Origin: Entomortierella parvispora E1425
Lineage: Eukaryota > Fungi > Mortierellomycota
DNA length: 64,000 nt
Assembly: GCA_020891255.1 (NCBI GenBank)
Contig: BQFW01000009.1
Span: forward strand, 496,001 to 560,000
Direction: 5' to 3'
Shown here: positions 59,540 to 64,000 of the stretch, one piece after another
Layout: each line of letters begins with the position of its first letter
Numbering within the stretch: the stretch's first letter is position 1
Program-made: the position numbers and the translations under genes
Notes under the pieces: generated by a model
Told to the model about the DNA's origin: nothing
Database searches by the model: none
Seen by the model: only the letters and a program-made list of their open reading frames with translations

Positions 59540-62500
59540 TCATTCTTCAACAATGATGGTATCCTTTCGCACTTCATTACGGTCCATCAAATTCGATCCG
59601 TCGATTGCATTGCCCTGCTGCAGCAACTTTCTCTGCATCTTGTCCAGTCCTATCGCATCCGTTATCAGTGCTCCAGAGGATACCAGCCAATCTGTCGACC
59701 CCCAAACCAAAACAACACGGACGCCTCCATCCAAGTCCTCAATCAACTTCCAAACACAAACACTTCGATCCAAGCTCCCTGTCACGAATTCTGAGAGCTT
59801 TGAATCTGGGTGCCAGTCAATGCTAACAACTGGATCACCAAACGCCTTCAGAGTGAACTGGCAAGAGCCGCTGAGCTCAGGGGTTGATGTTGATGGTGAC
59901 GACGACGACAGGATCTTCCAAAGGCGGACGCTGCGGTCCACAGCTCCTACTGCAATCCATTGACCGCAGGGTGACCACGCAATAGACCGGATTATCAGCT
60001 TGAGGCCCTCATCCAAAACAAATAGGAATTCTTTCGCCTTCAGATCTCGGATACGCACGATGCCATCAAAGTCACCTATCGCTATCATGGTTCCACAAGG
60101 CGAAAAAGAAAAGGCTGCAGTGATACAATCCAGGGTATCCACGCAGTCCAGTGTCTCAAGGTCCCATAGGCGAATTGTATGGTCTCGACTGGCAGACGCC
60201 AACAGCTGGATATCTACATTTGGAGAAAACGCGACACGAGAGATGGACGACGTATGGCCCGCCAACAATTGCTCGCTCTCCTCCACAGTTGAAAGCTTGT
60301 GGCGGTCCCACAGACGACCGTGACCATCTGAGCCTCCCGAGGCAATCCATCGCCCACAAGGAGAATAAGATATGCAATTTCCCGTTCTGGAGGGATCGTT
60401 GTTTGCAGAAATGACCGTTCCACCGAGGTCAAGGTCGAAGAGCCTCCATCCTCCGGTAGGAGCTGCCATAGCCACTGCAATTTGTTGACTGTCAGGTGAA
60501 ACGGCCAAGATGTTTGCCTGATCCCCTTGCACAAGATCCGCAATCGTTTTCGAGGCTCCTGTGTTGGCGTCCCATTGTCTGACTCGCAAGTCCATGCTTG
60601 AAGAAAGGATCGAGTTTCCTTCTGGCGAATACTTCACACAGTTGACCTTATGGGTATGCCCACGGGACGCAAGGCTCCTTCCATTGCTGACTAACTGTTG
60701 ATGGCTCAAATCACTGCCCATTTGCCAAAATCGTACAGTACCATCCCAGCTCGCGGACGCAACCTCCCCATCATTCAGAAAAACGACATGAATAACGTGG
60801 TGTGTATGCCCATTCCAGATTGTCACTAAGGCACCGGTTTGTTGGTCCCAGAGTCTCACAGACTGGTCGGTGCTGCAAGTAGCAATCCGCTGACCATCCC
60901 TGGAAAAGGCTAGATCTTTGATCCTGAGCGTGTGTCCAGTAAGGAAGATGGGGTTTTCGTATACCCCAACTTTCCACAGCCGCGCTTCGCTTCCAGTACC
61001 AGCTGCGAGAATCTGACCATCTGGTGAGTATGAAATGGTATCCACTACGCGGGATTTCGCATCCAGTTCCTTCTCCATTTCCCCAGTAACGATATTCCAA
61101 ATTCGTATAGTTGATTCCTTGCTTCCTGCAGCAACACGAACACTATCGGGTGACCAGGCAAGACATTTCACTTTCTGAACTTGATTGCCCATAATTGAGG
61201 CAATCGTCCCAGCTTCCTTGTTCCATATCCGAATCGTACCATCTTCACTGGCTGAAGCAATCAAAAGTCCGTCTGGCGAAAACTCAACACTTATTACTTT
61301 GCCAGAGTGCCCTCCCAGTGTGCGGTAGAGCTCTCCACTTGGCAAATTCCAAATTCGAATCAACCTGTCCGAACTTCCAGACGCAATTTGAGAGTTGTCC
61401 CTGGAAAATGACCAAGTGAGAACCTTGTTTTTTTCCGTCGAAGCACGAAATGTCCAAATTCTTCTCCAATCTGTCGTACTGTAGACGGCTACCTCCCCCT
61501 TGTGGAGGCCCATTACCATCAAGGCTCCATCGAACGAACTACGACAAAACCGCAAGTCTCTCAAGTCAAAAAACGGCTTTTCTCCAAACCAAACGTCAGT
61601 CATGGAAGCTCCGCTGAAGTTGGCTTGTCGTAACCAAGTCCTGGTAAAGTTGGCATTTGTCAAGGTCGTATTCTGAAGCTGGGCAGAGTCGAAGTATCCA
61701 CCCGTCAGATCGGCACCAGGGATCCGTATTCCTCGTAGATCAGCCCCGTTAAATGTCACTCCTGCCCTGACCAAAATCGTAATAGCATTGGACGCTGCTT
61801 GACTGAATGAGGTTTCTGTCCTTGAAGACATAACAAAAATACGGAGTTGTTGTTTGAACTCTTCGCTCTGTTGAGCGCGTTCGGCCAGGAAATGCAATAC
61901 CGACGGCTCTGCAACAAGATTGAGTCGACCAAAAGGGTGATTAACGATATCCAAAGAGCCAGAGAGGCAGTCTGAGAGACCAAGGCAGGGACAATCTTCT
62001 CGGGAGCCGTCCATACTATAAAGGTTTTCTTTGGGTGCGAAAACGGTGCAGGTGAAGAAGTACTCGAGGAGCGAACGATGAATAAATCCGTAAACGTTCT
62101 TCTTGCGGACCAATTGGCTAGATTCTCGCAATAGCTTCACGTCAGACTCAGAACTGAAGAACTTGGCCTTCCATGTCCGCTTGTCCACCATGGCTGAATA
62201 TTCCACTGCGTTGACTCCGTTTTGCTCTGAAAATATGTAGGATGCTAATCGCTTGGAGAAGTCGATGCCAATATGGATAAAATCGTCTTCCACTGCTTCT
62301 AATGCCTCGAGCTCGGCTGGGCTCATTTTATCCTTTGACCGCTGCTCGCTCAATCGCTGCATTTCGTGCCTGAAGTGTTGTATTACAAACTCATCGTACA
62401 GTTGGACGCGAGTCATTCGGATAGCCGAGAGGTCCCGACTGGAGCCCACAATCCTTGGCAAAGTGTCCAACATGAGTCTTAGCAAAAACGGGTTCGTAAC

Positions 62501-64000
62501 GAGGTCCATTAACTGAGTCACTTTTCCAAGCTGCTCCAGGTATTGTGCGGTGGTCCAGACTTTTGGATCTCCAAAGGTCTCTTGAAGCTCGCTTGCCGCC
62601 GTGTACTGATCCAGATAGTCTTTGATTTGATCCATCTTGAAGGGAACTATGACCGCTTCTTCAAAGAGCTCATTCAGTGTGGAGCGAACCTGTTGATAAG
62701 AATCGTCCACTTTTGGCTCGAAATAACTGCGGTAATTTGGTCCGAGGTATTGGCTCCGACAACTGATCGTCATTTTGGCTTTCCACTGTCGAGGGCGATT
62801 CAGACGGTTGTTGGTATGCAGGTTGGACATTTTACGACATTCGTCGTAGCCATCACATATCAAGATGAACTGTCGTGACCTCTTGAGTTCCTCGATTTGA
62901 TCCGCGGGAAACAAGTTGTTGTCCGTGAGATGTTGTTGAATCAGGTCCTTGTCCGGTCGATCGACTGCCTTTAGGTCAATAAGAAGGGGGATCCAGCCGC
63001 CAGGTTGATATCTCATCCAAAGGTCATGCTCCAACTGCATGTTGAACATGGACTTGCCAGCTCCAGAGTCCCCAAGAATTAACATCACCTCGCCTTTGCC
63101 CTGAAGGAACTCATCGACACGTTCATGCAGTGGCACCAAGCTGTCATCCATTGCCTGCAGGCCTCGCTTTCATAAGGGCTGGATATAGACTGCTGGCTTC
63201 CTGTAACTCTCTAATCGCTCAATCCGAAGTCGATCTAGATGAAGCTCGAGATCCGGCGTATTGTTCACCTCTTTCAAAAGTGAGGATGACGTGGGTAATG
63301 GCATGCGACTGCTTAGAAGATGAGAGTAGTGAAAAGCGCCCCCTTCTCCAAGTCCTTGGATTTTGGTGTGAGCTTGCATACTGACGAGTTTGTTGCCTCC
63401 ACTGCTGATCAATTCGTCCGCCGGTAAACTTGCGATGTGGCTGAGAAGAACCAACACACCTTCTGAGAACTCGTTCTGCTTTGTTGAATAAAGGTAAGAT
63501 TGGTACATTTCCTCGAGAAAGTCGATGGCTTGACAACGTATGGTGGTATCCCAGGATGGATCAACAGCAATCTTGGACAGCAGCTGGCAGATGCCCCACT
63601 GGAACAGCGGTTCCTGAAGGCATGGCTCTTCGCATACAAACCCATTCAGGTCCGCGAAGAGACCTTCTCTTACAAGGACTTCTGCGGCGCGAATTGCCAG
63701 ATACCAGGGTCTTTTCGCACCATGCCCAAGAGCTTCCTTCAGGCTGTTAAAGATTCCTCGTCCGCCATCAAGAACATCGGGAAGTCCATCAGGAATCCCG
63801 GATATATCCAAAGAGATGACCCCTGACATCTGAAGTAGACCACGGACTATTACAGTACAGTGCCTTAAAGTATAGTGGACTGTACCTTCGTTGTCCGGTA
63901 CCTACTGTAACGCCTGGAGAGCATAGAGCGCCTGATAGTGTATGAAAACATCCTTGCTGACTTGAAGCCTAGACAGCGCTCTGCGCAGCGGCTCATGGTC
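59540..64000 (-). pseudogene. NLR-like Arm-NACHT-pentapeptide-WD40 gene; N-terminal part broken by two in-frame stops, 1203-aa NACHT-WD40 portion open
   Basis: GDSGAGKS P-loop, LICDGYDE, NPFLL, pentapeptide run (ADLRGIRIPGADLTG), many GH...WD repeats. In-frame TAG at 63902-63904 and TGA at 63170-63172. The gene start lies beyond the window. Confidence 0.75.

Noticed and set aside
1-64000. tRNA or rRNA genes
   Set aside because: No cloverleaf or rRNA-like segment was recognised by eye; tRNAscan-SE and Infernal would be needed to exclude them.

Overview
Intron-rich fungal genomic DNA. A Mortierellaceae-like origin is inferred from the Arm-NACHT-pentapeptide-WD40 NLR and intronless F-box/LRR architectures. 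Host genes: SMG6/Est1-like TPR+PIN, an LRR protein, NDUFS5, RPS16, a mitochondrial Tim44-like protein, a DHA2 MFS transporter, UPF0390, RPL13, RPL27, kynurenine 3-monooxygenase, PHO84, an ENA Na+-ATPase, arylamine N-acetyltransferase, a UBA-UBX-LRR protein, an F-box-LRR protein and an NLR. Three DNA-transposon blocks interrupt them. (1) A MULE/SWIM transposase lies head-to-head with a spliced gene of about 1260 aa that fuses an N-terminal XPG/FEN1-type 5' nuclease to a C-terminal TnpB/Fanzor RuvC nuclease, followed by a structured candidate omega-RNA region; this is the top hit. (2) A complete 7.6-kb AcademH-like element (RecQ helicase plus transposase, ~1-kb TIRs, 9-bp TSD) in which both genes begin inside the TIRs with an identical N-terminus. 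(3) A CryptonF tyrosine-recombinase element. The clearly resolved frame breaks in the transposon genes are 1-nt indels in homopolymer runs, so these genes may be intact in vivo. RPL27 can only be reconstructed with an atypical AT-AC intron. All calls come from manual motif reading and splice reconstruction; no database searches were run.
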